DNA of 64,000 nucleotides from Octopus sinensis (lineage: Eukaryota). Shown here one piece after another: positions 47,199 to 59,529 of the stretch. The stretch lies in contig NC_043014.1 in assembly GCF_006345805.1 (NCBI RefSeq), forward strand, positions 14,198,001 through 14,262,000, given 5' to 3'. The position numbers and the translations under genes are program-made. The number at the start of each line of letters is the position of its first letter. The first letter of the stretch is position 1. The notes below the pieces were generated by a model, which saw only the letters and a program-made list of their open reading frames with translations, did no database searches and had not been told where the DNA came from.

Positions 47199-48733
47199 CA
47201 GTGTTCAAAAAGTCTCTCTACAGTGAATTTTTTAAATCCTGCTCATGCGCAACTTGGTTATCACTGCGTAGACGGCCGGGTGTCAGCCATTTTCCCTCAG
47301 TCATTGTGTACCCTTTAGCGTGTCGACATTGAAGAACGTACGTTTTTAGTTGAATGAGTGCTTCGAGCTGGAAACAAATACACAGATACTGTAAAACAAA
47401 AGTTCAGTGAAACTTTTCCAAATACTGTTGTTCCACATCGTGATGCTGTGCGGGATTTAATAAGAGAATTCAGAAACACAGGCTCAGTGGAAGACGCAGC
47501 AAGAAGCGGTAGGCATACTGTTCTTTTAGACGAAACATTCTCCAATATTTCTGATAAACTGTTGGCAAGCCCGTCAAAGTCCTTACGCAAATTGTCACAG
47601 GGAACGGAAAACAACCTAGGAAGTGCTCACATGGCAGTAAAAAAGAAATTATATTTCTTTCCATACAAAGTGCTGGCTATTCAAGAATTGAAGACTACGG
47701 ATCATGCTAAAAGACTTCATTATTGTTATTGGTTCCAAAACGTTGTTGCCGAAAAAGGCATAGAAGTGCTGGATGGGTGTTTTTACACTGATGAGGCTTG
47801 GTTCCATCTGTCGGGACCCATAAATTCGCAACGCACAAGGTTATGGAGCACTGGGAATCCACACGCGTCGCATGAGTAACCTCTGCATTCCGAAAGAGTT
47901 GGAGTATGGATAGCAATTTCAAGAAAGCGTATTGTGGGAGCGATATTTTTTGAAGACACCATCAACACCAAGAGATATTGCTCAGATATTGTTTATCCAT
48001 TTGTAGGCCAACTCACTGAAAGTGAAATTAATAAGGCAAACTTTCAGCAAGGTAGATCTACAGCACATACTTCGCGCATTATCATGGCGCTACTTTAAGA
48101 GTTTTTCGGTGAACGGATATTTTCGAAGGAACTTTGGCCACCAAGATCACCTGATTTAACACCACCAGATTTTTTTTACTGGGGAGCAAGTAAAGGATCA
48201 ATGTACAAGAATCAGTTTCTTTATTACCCACAAAGGGCTAAGCATAGAGGGGACAAACAAGGTCAGACAAACGGATTAAGTCGATTACATCGGCCCTAGT
48301 GCGTAACTGTTACTTAATTTATCGACCCCGAATGGATGAAAGGCAAAGTCGACCTCGGCGGAAGTTGAACTCCGAACGTAGCGACGGGCGAAATACCGCG
48401 AAGCACTTCGCCCGGCATGCTAACGTCTCTGCCAGCTCGCCGCCTTTAAAGGATCAATGTACAAGAATCACCCGCAAACCATTAAGGAGCCAAAAGAATC
48501 GATCATAACTTTCACACGATCCATACCACGCCAGACTCACCAATATGCATTTTAAAACATGTGTAGGAGAGTCAACTTATGCATTGAAAATGAAGGACGA
48601 CACTTTCAACACCTCTTATAAAGTTTAGTTAGTCTTGTAAAGTCTAATGTATTCTTTTGTAGTCTTATACCATCTTATAAATATTTATTTTGCAATAAAA
48701 TACATACTGCGGAGAGACTTTCTGAACACCTTG
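47199..48733 (+). mobile_element. Full-length but dead Tc1/mariner element (rosa/Visitor-like transposase pseudogene ~47320-48621)
   Basis: TA-flanked ~26-28-bp imperfect TIRs (cagtgttcaaaaagtctctctacagt / actgcggagagactttctgaacaccttg). Motifs FYTDEAWFHLSG, FQQ(G)..TAHT, WPPRSPDLTPPDFF and GRHFQHLL*. In-frame stops and a SINE insertion are present. Confidence 0.88.
48215..48446 (-). mobile_element. SINE family C inserted in the mariner transposase
   Basis: 24-bp TSD taaaggatcaatgtacaagaatca at 48191-48214 and 48447-48470. Confidence 0.9.
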
Positions 48734-49558
48734 TATATACGCCGAGCTTCTTTCAGTTTCTGTCAATCAAATCCACTCACAAGTAGTCGGCCCGAGTCTA
48801 TAGTAAAAGACACTTGTCGAAGGTTCCACGCAGTGGGATTGAACCCGGAGCCATGTGGTCGGGAAGCAAGCAACGCCTGCGTCGATATAATGAAATAAAA
48901 AAAAGGGGGAAAAAAAAAGAAAAAAAGACGTCATAGCATTTCACTTCAAAGCAGAAACTTCCTATTCCTTCTCGGCCGCCCATTCAACAATCTAAAACCT
49001 GTTATTCATTTCTATAGCAGCGCTCACAATTAGTGGCTGTCTTGTGTTAAATTACTGCTTTGTGAATCAGTGATTTTCTACGTTTATTTTTAATTAATCA
49101 ATTATCATTATTTTGCTTTTGTTGTCATTATTTGTTTCAGTTACAAGACCTGCAAGGGGTCCTTGACGCTCTGTTGCCAATTCTAGTCTAGGACGTCCGG
49201 CTTTGTTTTATAACACGTTGTAAATTTGCTGTAATTTTCTGCCGGAAATAAATGAATTGAATTTGAGGAACACATAACACGTGTATGCTAACACAAATGA
49301 CAAACAATATGTGAAGGCTGTCACTCTTTCATCTTCCTGTATTCCGCACTTTATTTGGTTTTGTACAAATACAAAAAATATAAAAATAAACAAGGTACCC
49401 TTCCCTTCCTTTAAATTAATTACATCAGCACGTGAATCAAAAGACCGTTGTGTCAAATCATCATCTCCCTGTTCAAACACACACACATACACACACACAC
49501 ACAAACGCAGGCGCGCACACATGCTTGCACGCACGTAAACAAAACACTGTCACATCAG

Positions 49559-49825
49559 TTAAAATTTACTGTTTGTTGTAGCTATGGAGTTCGGCAGGTC
49601 GGTGACATTTTGACGAGTGTCACCTTCAAAAGCCTCGTTCTCAACCCCATCAACTTCAGTGAACATTTCTCTCCTTTGAACTTCGTCTACGTTTTCCGCA
49701 GTTGTCTCCTGGCCTCCTCTGCTCCCGGAGTCGTCATCGTCGGCTTCCTCCGCATACTTGCCCGTGCGGTTTTCTGGCTCGGATGGCCCCCAGTTTGACA
49801 GGGGTTTTAAAGACTTCACCATCAC
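49559..49825 (-). CDS. SLC6 terminal exon: VMVKSLKPLSNWGPSEPENRTGKY...TTNSKF*
   Basis: tccag acceptor at 49828-49826. P...WGP.....R..Y is the conserved SLC6 C-tail motif. GC-rich relative to the flanks; TAA at 49561-49559. Confidence 0.88.
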   Translation of the reverse strand: MMVKSLKPLSNWGPSEPENRTGKYAEEADDDDSGSRGGQETTAENVDEVQRREMFTEVDGVENEAFEGDTRQNVTDLPNSIATTNSKF

Positions 49826-50316
49826 CTGGATACGATTAAAATAAATATATAAGTGAATTGTTTTGAGCCGAAAACTGAAGCAATTACATTATGGACAAGC
49901 TGTTTCAGTCGCCTAAAACGCATACAACCTAAAATGCCTATCAAATGAAATAATAATAATATGGCCAGTAATTACGGGTATGGGCGCAAGTCGATTACAC
50001 CGACCCTAGTCGACCCCGGAAGGATGAAAGGCAAAAGTGACCTCAGTGGAATTTGAACTCAGGACGGATGAATTGCCGCTGAGCATTTTACTTGGCGTGC
50101 TAACGATTCCGCCTGCTCGCCGCCTTATGGGTTCAAATTTTGTTCCAAGGCCAGCAATTTCGGGGGAGGGGGCAAGTCAGTTACATCTACCCCAGTACTG
50201 AACTGGTACTTATTTTATTGACAGCGGAAGGACGAAAGGTAAAGTCGACTCCGGCGAAATTTGAACTCAGAACATAGACGGACGAAATGCCGCCAACGAT
50301 TCTGCCCAACGCCTTG

Positions 50317-50370
<54 letters not shown>

Positions 50371-50371
<1 letters not shown>

Positions 50372-50700
50372 CTAACTCAGATACCAGGAAACCCCAAAAT
50401 GGCAGAAATTCAAAAGATAGTGCTCATGGGAACTGCTCATATCCTACGCAAAATACTCTCTATGTAATCCCAAGGTTTAAAACAAACTTTTTTTTATTTT
50501 TATTTTTACTTTTTATTTATTTTTTATTTTATTTTATTTTTTAAAAAAATTTTATTTTATGTATTAGACATTCACTAGTACAACACCCCCCCCAAAACCC
50601 CCCAAATATATGGCACAGAACTTCCAACCTGTTGTCTCTTGAGGTCTCTGGGTGAGACTTGGAGCCAACTTGTACAGACATAAAGCAAAAGTCAAACATA

Positions 50701-50701
<1 letters not shown>
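50371..50701 (+). mobile_element. Extreme 3' stub of R4/Dong element flanked by (TAA)n on both sides
   Basis: IPGNPKMAEIQKIVLMGTAHILRKILSM* followed by a 3'UTR homologous to 63720-63780. (TAA)n at 50317-50370 and 50702-50760. Confidence 0.85.
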
Positions 50702-50761
<60 letters not shown>

Positions 50762-51819
50762 CCTTTCTACTGAAGGCACACAGTCTCAAATTTGGTGGGG
50801 AGGGGACTAGTCGATTGCATCGACCCCAGTACACAATTGGTACTTAATTTATCGACCTCGAAAGGATGAAAGGCAAAGTCGACCTCGGCGGAATTTGAAC
50901 TCAGAACGTAGCGACGGGCGAAATACCGATCGCAAGGTCGTGGTTTCGATTCCCAGAGGGGGCGATGCATTGTGCTCTTGAGCTAAACATTTCGTTTCAC
51001 GTTGCTCCAGTCCACTCAGCTGTAAACGAGTAACCCTGCGTGACCTTGTAGCGGAAAATGCTATGATCTCGATCACTTATACGCCATGGAAACTGGGTAA
51101 CCGGCCCCATGAGTATCTAGGACTCGAGACAGTAATGCATCAGGTAATGATGATGATGACGACGACGATGATGATGATGATGATGCATAGGAGTGGCTGT
51201 GTTGTAAGTAGCTTGCTTACCAACCACATGGTTCCGGGCTCAGTCCCACTGCGTGGCACCTTGGGCAAGTGTCTTCTACTATAGCCTCGGGCCGACCAAA
51301 GCCTTGTGAGTGGATTTGGTAGACGGAAACTGAAAGAAGCTCGTCGTATATATGTATATATATGTATGTGTGTGTGTGTATGTCTTTGTGTCTGTGTTTG
51401 TCCCCCCAACATCGCTTGACAACGATGCTGGTGTGTTTACATCCCCCGTAACTTAGCGGTTTGGCAAAAGAAACTGATAGAATAAGTACTAGGCTGCCAA
51501 AGTATAAGTCCTATGGTCGATTTGCTCGACTAAAGGCGATGATCCAGCTTGGCCACAGTTAAATGACTGAAACAAGTAAAAGAGTAAAAAAGAGAGAGTA
51601 TGATGATGATGATGATGATGATGATGATAATTCTATTTAGTGTTTAGCATTTTCTACTCTCATATTCCGGGGTCTATATTTTATAATAATATAATATAAT
51701 AATATGTATTTTATAATAATATAATATAATAATATGTATATAATGGCGGTGCCCCAGCATGGCCACAGCTCATGAGCTGAAACTAAAATCAATCAATCAA
51801 TCATAATATGTCTACTTAC

Positions 51820-51981
51820 CTGATAACCTCCGCTTTGGCAATGTTTCACTACGAAGTATACTGGAATAATCACAAGTGGAATGATAACTATCAACCAACC
51901 AATAGTTTGTGCCCATCGTGGGTAAACATACGAATGAAGCGTGACTACTTTGTATTGTATGGCCTTCGATACTATCACCAC
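51820..51981 (-). CDS. SLC6 exon: VVIVSKAIQYKVVTLHSYVYPRWAQTIGWLIVIIPLVIIPVYFVVKHCQSGGYQ (TM11-TM12)
   Basis: ctccag acceptor, gtaagt donor, 162 nt in phase 0/0, Y.YP.WA..IGW motif. Confidence 0.9.
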
Positions 51982-54299
51982 CTGGAGGAAAAACAACAGG
52001 GATAACATAATGAACTAACATTCATAATGGTGATGATTCTTGTTATTCACATAAGTACAAATCTAAGGCAGCGAGCTCAAAAAATTGTTAGAGTGTCGGA
52101 CAGAAATCCTTAGTGATACTTTTTCTGGCTCTTTGCGCTCTGAGCTTAAATCCCACCGAGGCCAACTTTATGCAGTCTATATTGTCCGGTCTAAATGCAT
52201 TATCCAGTCTAAATTGTCCGTTCTAATTCGTCCGGTCTGTTGTTCGATGTGGAATTCCACAGACAATTGATCTTTCGAAGCTTGGAAAAGCTGTTTTCAC
52301 AGTCCGTACTACTTACAGGAAGTGTGAGATTGATGTATTTGGGTGATATACCAATAAAATTCCAGTTAAGTGTAAGGATGCATGGTCTAGTGCAGTGGTT
52401 TTCAACCAGGGTTCCTCCACTACAGTCCAGGGGTTCCACAAGAATTTACAAAACTGCTAAAATCGGCAGTAATTTTTAATTCTCCTGTGCAGATATGTGT
52501 GCATAAGACTACTAAATTATTGCACAGGGGTTCCTCGAGCCAGTGGAATGTTTCCTTGTGGTTCCGCTCCAGCAAAAAGTTTGAAAAGCACTGGTCTAGT
52601 GATTAGCATGTTGCACACGTAATCGTGAGATCGTGGTTTTAAATCCTGCGTTGTGTTCTTGAGCAAAACACTTTACCTCACGTTGCTCTGCGATCTCTTC
52701 GACACCCGACGTGTGGTGTACTGTGCACCTGTTCAGGTAACGTCCATTTGATGGAGGAGAGTGAGCTAAAGTGCCGAAACATATATTTGATTACTAAAAA
52801 CAAATCATTTTTTGCAGGTTGTTCAGTAAGAACTTCTAGAACCGTCTTTCTCGTATTTCAGGAGACTACCATCACAGATCAAATACTGGGGTCAGTTTAA
52901 TTACGGGCCTTGAATCCTACAACGACCGCCGTCTCGAACAGGGGCAACGTTGTGATGTTGGTCACTTGTACGGCATTGAAAAAGGGTAACAAACATTATA
53001 ACAAAGAACGAAAATGGGTTCAAAGAAAGAAATTTGAAGGAAGGAACTGGCAAATTCAGTATTTGACTCATACGTGAATGAATTGATCTCTGCAGTACGA
53101 CGAAGTCGACATAAGAGGGACATAACCAAAAATACTTCTAAGTACAATACATGTAAGAAATATATATATAAGGGTTTCCAAAATAGGTTTGAGGTCGCGC
53201 ATCTTTTGGAAGGACGATAAAGTCAGTTGTACCATCGGCGGTTCTGGACTGGCACATATTTTATCGACCCAGAAGAAGAATAAAAAGAAAAGAAGCTAAC
53301 CTCAGTGGAAATGGGATCTTGTCTAGGATTGGCATGTTCATCCTACCTCAATCTTAGTTGTTTTATTAAGGCAGCGAGTTGGTAGAATCGTAACTGCGCC
53401 GAGGAAAAAATGCTTAGTGGTGTTTCTTCCGACTTTACGTTCTGAGTTCAAATGTCGCCGGTGTCGACTTTGCGTTCATCCCTTTCTTTTCGGAGTCGAT
53501 AAAGTAAGTATCAGTTGAATTCCGGGGTCGATGTAATCCACTGGTACCATCTCCCACAATTTCTGGCCTTGTGCTAAAATTTGAAACCAATATCTTTTCT
53601 GTTATAGGCACAAGACCTGAAATTTTTTGGGGGTGAGGATGGGTTAGTCAATTACATCAACCTCAGTGTGCAATTGACCCCGAAACGATGAAAGGCAAAG
53701 TCGACCTCGGTAGAATCTGAACTCCGAATATAAAGTCGGAACTAAATGCCGCTAAGCATTTTGTCCAAAGTGCTGAAGATTCTGGCAGATCGCCATCTTT
53801 AGCTATTTTGATATCATCCAACTCTATCAACCTTTCACTTGAGAAACGCTATCTTTTTATTTAAGACAGGCAGCAACGGCGTGTAATACAAGAGAAAATT
53901 TGGTTACTATTTCTAGTAGATTAAGTAACCTCATAGTGGCCCCCTTTTGTTTTTCTGTTAATAAAATAACACAGCCGAAAGAACACAAAGCAAAAACTAC
54001 AAGCCAAAAACGATTGTTACTATCTCATCTCTGTCACGAAACTTCAGATAGTTTTTCACGTGTCATGATGTCTCACTTTTTGTTTTGCAACCAGCCAATC
54101 AATTCACGAATCGATCAATCGATTACGTTCTTTTGATGTGCAGTTACTATTAAAACAAAGAAGAAAATAGGGAGGGAGAAATGTAAATGCATTTTAAAAA
54201 TTCGTTTTAACTCTTTATATACGCATGGAAGATGCGGCATTTGTTCAGATGTTTCCATTATAGTCTCTCTCTCCCCTTCCTCTCTCTCTCTCTCTCTCG

Positions 54300-54860
54300 C
54301 CGAGTATGCATGTATTAGTGTGCGTGTGTGTGCATGTATGTGTGCGTGTGTTTGTGTGTCTGTCGGTGTATATGTTTGTGGGTATGTATCTATGTGTATG
54401 TGTTTGCTTGCGTGCGTGCGTGTTTCTCTGTGTATGTATTTATGAACACGTGTGTACCTGTTGTTGTGTATGTATATGTGTGTATGTGCGTGTGTGCGTT
54501 TTTTGGGTGTTGATGTGTTTTGTATTTGTGTGAGTGTGTTGGTGAGTATATTTGTGTGTGTACGTGATTGTGTGCGTACGTAAATGTACAAGTGTGGGCT
54601 CGCGTCTGAGTGTATTTGTGTGTGCGTGTGCGCTTGTGCATACGCACGCATGCGTGTGCTCGTGTTAGTATATATGTGTCTGTATGTGCATGTTTGTATG
54701 CGTATGTGTGCGCTTATGCGTGCATGTGTGTGTGTGTGTGTGTGTGTGAGCGGGCACGTATGTGTTTTTGCGCATGTGTTTGTGTCTGTGTGTATATGTG
54801 TGTTAGCATGCATGTGTATATTTGCATGTGTGCATCTGCATGTGTACGTATATGCATTTG
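54300..54860. repeat. Degenerate (TG/TA)n low-complexity tract
   Basis: Alternating purine-pyrimidine run of about 560 bp. Confidence 0.9.
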
Positions 54861-55256
54861 CGGCGCAGACATTTGCTTGTGTCTGTGCCAGCGGTTCTCA
54901 AACCCAGAGCTGCATGCGGCCCTCAAACATCCTTCAGACGGTGTTTTCCCTATAAATATAATAAATGGTTCTTTATTTGCCTTGTGTTTTCCTTTTCGTT
55001 TTTGGTGCGGGTCCCCGCCACTAATAAAATCGAGGTTTTGGATCTGTCCCAGATATTAAAAAGGCTATGAAGTGAGAACCATTGATCTACGTATATAAGA
55101 GTTGGCATATATTGTATAAGAGAACCACTGATCTATATATAATAGTTGGCATAAATTGTATAAGATCTATGGCTCAGACAATACAACACTGCAGATAAAA
55201 TTGCATTAAGCTTTAGCTCACACAGTTTTGAGTTGGAGCCCTGCTGGGATATTTTG

Positions 55257-55599
55257 GGATCTTTTCACTTTGACCGGCAGATTTTTAAAATAATTTCTTT
55301 GTAACTAAAGACTTTTAAACTTCGTATACTGGTAGAATGTGTTACATAAAACATCTTTTTCTCTTGGCTTTCTTGAGAAAATTCTGACGTCAATAGACGT
55401 CATTGATTGGTTGAAATTGCCGAAATGCAAGAAATGCAAGAAATTTAACAACAAATAGCTTACAAACTACAGAATTTTCTCAAGAAAGCCAAGAGAAAAA
55501 GATGTTTTATGTAACACATTCTACCACTATACAAAGTTTTAAAGTGTTTAGTTACAAAGAAATTAGTTTAAAAATCTGTCGGTCAGAGTGAAAAGATCC
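55257..55599. mobile_element. MITE with ~130-bp TIRs and 8-bp TSD
   Basis: 55257-55386 is the reverse complement of 55470-55599, and ATATTTTG is duplicated at 55249-55256 and 55600-55607. Confidence 0.9.
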
Positions 55600-56949
55600 A
55601 TATTTTGTCCTATATATCCTGGGTCGAATGCCCTGTCCAGTTTAGTGCTATCACATCTGAACTTTGAGCGCGTACGACTCTCACCCTCTTTCCCTCTCCT
55701 TATTCCTTCCTCCTCCTCTCTCTCTCTTTCTTCCTTTCATTCTCCATCTTATTCTTCAATCTCTTTTGCTTTCCTTCCTCACTTACCTCCCTTGAACCTT
55801 TTTTTTTCTCTCTCTCTCTCCCCCTCCCTCTCATTCTTTAGTCCCTCTGATTTCTCCCCCCCTCTTCTTTTCCTTAGTCCTTCTGCCCTCTTCAACTACC
55901 TCTCCCCCGCTACAAAGTGTTCGCTGTCTGGTTCAGGCATTGTCGTCCTTTTTCGGCCGGTCAGTTAAGATCTTTTTCCCATATTCCTGGCGCTAGCTTA
56001 CTACACTCGTCTGATAGTCGAAAGACCCCTGCTTGTTTTGTTTTGTTTTATTATATTTTTGCTGTAATTGTATAATTATTTCCCTTTTGTCGTAGAGCCG
56101 AAGGGCGTTTGTCCTTTGTATATGTATAATTCTATTTCATATGTTACGTTCGTCCGAGATTCGAAAGAACCTTTCTATTGTTTACTTATTTGTTTTCGTA
56201 TATGTAGTCCTGTAGGCGCAGGAGTGGCTGTGTGGTAAGTAGCTTGCTTACCAACCACATGGTTCCGGGTTCAGTCCCACTGCGTGGCATCTTGGGCAAG
56301 TGTCTTCTGCTATAGCCTCGGGCCGACCAATGCCCTGTGAGTGGATTTGGTAGACGGAAACTGAAAGAAACCTGTCGTATATATGTATGTATATATATGT
56401 GTGTGTGTGTGTGTATATGTTTGTGTGTCTGGGTTTGTGCCCCCTAGCATTGCTTGACAACCGATGCTGGTGTGTTTACGTTCCCGTCACTTAGCGTTTC
56501 GGCAAAAGAGACCGATAGAATAAGTACTGGGCTTACAAAGAATAAGACCCGGGTGTTGATTTGCTCGACTACAGGCGGTGCTCCAGCATTGCCGCAGTCA
56601 AATGACTGAAACAAGTAAAAGACTAAAGAGAGAGTACAGTCGTTTGCTTTGCCCAGGGGCTTAATGCTTTTAGCTTTAGTCCATGACCAGCCGGTTTCGA
56701 GTAGTATCGGAAATAAATGGCCGAAACTACGTGGACATTCCGGATTTCGACTGAAGAGGCAATTGGCTGTGGATGATCAGTGTATCTTGTTTTGTCCTGT
56801 TTGCCGTTGTTGTGCTTTCGTCCTTTTCCTGCTTGTTGTGGTTTGACGGTTTCGGTTTGTTGTGTTTTTTCTGTTCAAAAAATTTTTTTAAATTAAAGAC
56901 TGTTTGCCAACATAATGTGACAGTCCTGGATGGGACGAATGTTACTGAT

Positions 56950-56953
56950 TATA

Positions 56954-57031
<78 letters not shown>

Positions 57032-57044
57032 CATACACACAAAT

Positions 57045-57075
<31 letters not shown>

Positions 57076-57087
57076 CAAACATATATA

Positions 57088-57144
<57 letters not shown>

Positions 57145-57213
57145 ATATATATACAAATATAAATATATATGTATATATATATATATGCATATATGTATAT
57201 ATATATATATACA

Positions 57214-57254
<41 letters not shown>

Positions 57255-57256
57255 TA

Positions 57257-57309
<53 letters not shown>

Positions 57310-57352
57310 CGTACATACATACGTACATACACACGCACACACACACACATAT
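56950..57352. repeat. (TA)n/(CA)n compound microsatellite
   Basis: About 400 bp of TA dinucleotides. Confidence 0.95.
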
Positions 57353-57912
57353 ATTATCGACCGCACCAACTCAGTATATGTGCTTTGTTTGTTCGCCAGT
57401 ACAGGAGTGATGACTACTGATATTTCGCCATTTTTGTGACTTATCAGCTACGCGTATTTGACTCGGGACGAATCGAGTCGGAGGCGAGTTGTCTCGCTTG
57501 TCTATGACTTACTTTCTGGTATTTTAAAACCCCGCGTTATGAACGAGTCGTTCTCCAACTATTATAGGCCAGCGAATCGGGGCGAACAAGCAAAATACAT
57601 ACATTGAGTATGCGCGGTCGATAATGTTTATAATATTAACGCTGCTTTTGATTCGTTGTTGAATATATCTCAACAGATACAGGGATAGACAGACAGATAG
57701 ATAGATAGATAGATAAATAGATATACATAGAAAGAGTCACAAGGGACATTTTTCTGAGCGTAAATTGATCGTAGTGATCAAATATTGGATTATTGGGGGC
57801 CGCTGATGTAGACGAAAATTTGTAATGATATCACCATAACTCATTGAGTTACGAAAGAGATCCATTAGAACTTTAGATGTAAAAAAAATAATGTGAAAGA
57901 GAAAATACTCAC

Positions 57913-58013
57913 AAACAAGATAAAAGGAGTGACGAAACACCAACATATTCTCCAATAAACTGACGGCTTTTTCCCAAGCATCATTTCAATGTCGTCTGCA
58001 AATCTTTTGTAAC
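57913..58013 (-). CDS. SLC6 exon: (G)[33 protein letters not shown]
   Basis: Not in the ORF track; read by hand. cag acceptor at 58016-58014, gtgagt donor at 57912-57907. RF..DI..M.G..P..YW..CW...TP is an SLC6 hallmark. Phase 1 matches the 60722 exon. Confidence 0.92.
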
Positions 58014-58311
58014 CTGAAGTTAAACAAAGTGACAAAATATCAAGAGTTAGTATTGGGAACTACTAGTTTTTTTTATAATACGTATCAATGCTTGGGCGCA
58101 GGCATGATTATATTTTTCATCTTCTATCTGTTTCAGGCATTAGACTGCGGCCATACTGGGGCATCGGTTTGAAGAATTTTATTTTTGTCGAATGTATCGC
58201 CGCAGTACGTATTTTTTTGGCTAAGCCGGGTACTTAGTCTACCGGATGCTTTTCGCTGAACTGCTAAGTTACGGGGACGTAAACAAACCAGCATCGGTTG
58301 TCAAGCAGTGG

Positions 58312-58353
<42 letters not shown>

Positions 58354-59529
58354 CACGCTTATTTCAGTTTCCGTCTAACAAATCCATTTACAAGGCTTTG
58401 GTCGGCCCTGAGGCTATAGTAGAAGACACTTGCCCAAGGTGCCACGCAGTGGGACCTGGGAAGCAAGCTTCTTACCACACAGCCACACCTGCGCCTATGA
58501 GAAGTCAGCCCCTAAACCGCGCGGTATTTTCGGGTTCGATTCTAGCATGTGGCACCTTATGGCCAATTGTCAAGCATAGCTTCGAGTAGACTAATTTACT
58601 AAGTAACTTGTTAGTAAAATTTGGTAAACGGAAGCTGTGTGGAATATCGTATGTGCACGCGGGCAGACACACATATGCAGAGCAGCTAGAAATAACAGCT
58701 AAATTTTCCAACAACAAAACCTAACTATAACATTTACGTAAAAAAAGTCAGTTTAATAATTACTCTTTACTCTTTTACTCGTTTCAGTCATTTGACTGCG
58801 GCCATGCTGGAGCACCGCCTTTAGTCGAGCAAATCGACCCTGGGACTTATTCTTTGTAAGCCTAGTACTTATTGTATCGGTCTCTTTTGCCGAACCGATA
58901 AGTTGCGGGGACGTAAACACACCACCATCGGTTGTCAAGCAATGCTAGGGGAACAAACACAGACACTCAAACACACACACACACCACACACACATATATA
59001 TACATATAAACGACGGGCTTCTTTGAGTTGCCGTCTACCAAATCCACTCTCAAGGCTTTGGTCGGCCCGAGGCTATAGTAGAAGACACTTGCTCAAGGCG
59101 TCACACAGTGAGACTGAACCCGGAACCAAGTGGTTGGTAAGCAAACTACTTACCACACAGCCACTCCGTTTGTAAACCCCCCCCAACACAAGACACACAT
59201 ATATGTGTTGCGCAGAGAGGGACATTGCACTTACTTTGTGGTTGTGTGATAGTAGTGTCGAATTTTGGCACAAGGCCAGCAATTTTGGGTGTGTGTGTGC
59301 AAATCGATTACGTCGACCCCAGAGCTCAACTGGTACTCATTTTATCGACTTCAAAAGGATGAAAGGAAAAGTTGACCCTGGTGTTATTTGAACTCAGAAC
59401 GTGAAGATGGGCGAAGTGCAGCTTGATGTTTTGTCCGACATGCTAACGGTTCTGCTAGCTTGCCTCCTGCTGGGTGTGGGATATCAATGGCAGTCTCTTC
59501 AGCCCAAGAAAGCTGATTCCATAATTTTT

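Noticed and set aside
56751-56775. CTGAAGA-GGC...GCT as HHR core
   Set aside because: No GAAA after the putative stem II.
54115-57439. Long H/T, C/V and Y/I-rich ORFs
   Set aside because: Artefacts of (CA/TG)n and (TA)n tracts.
57737-57955. 72-aa minus-strand ORF as SLC6 exon
   Set aside because: The real exon is 57913-58013 in another frame with proper splice sites; this ORF has no SLC6 similarity.
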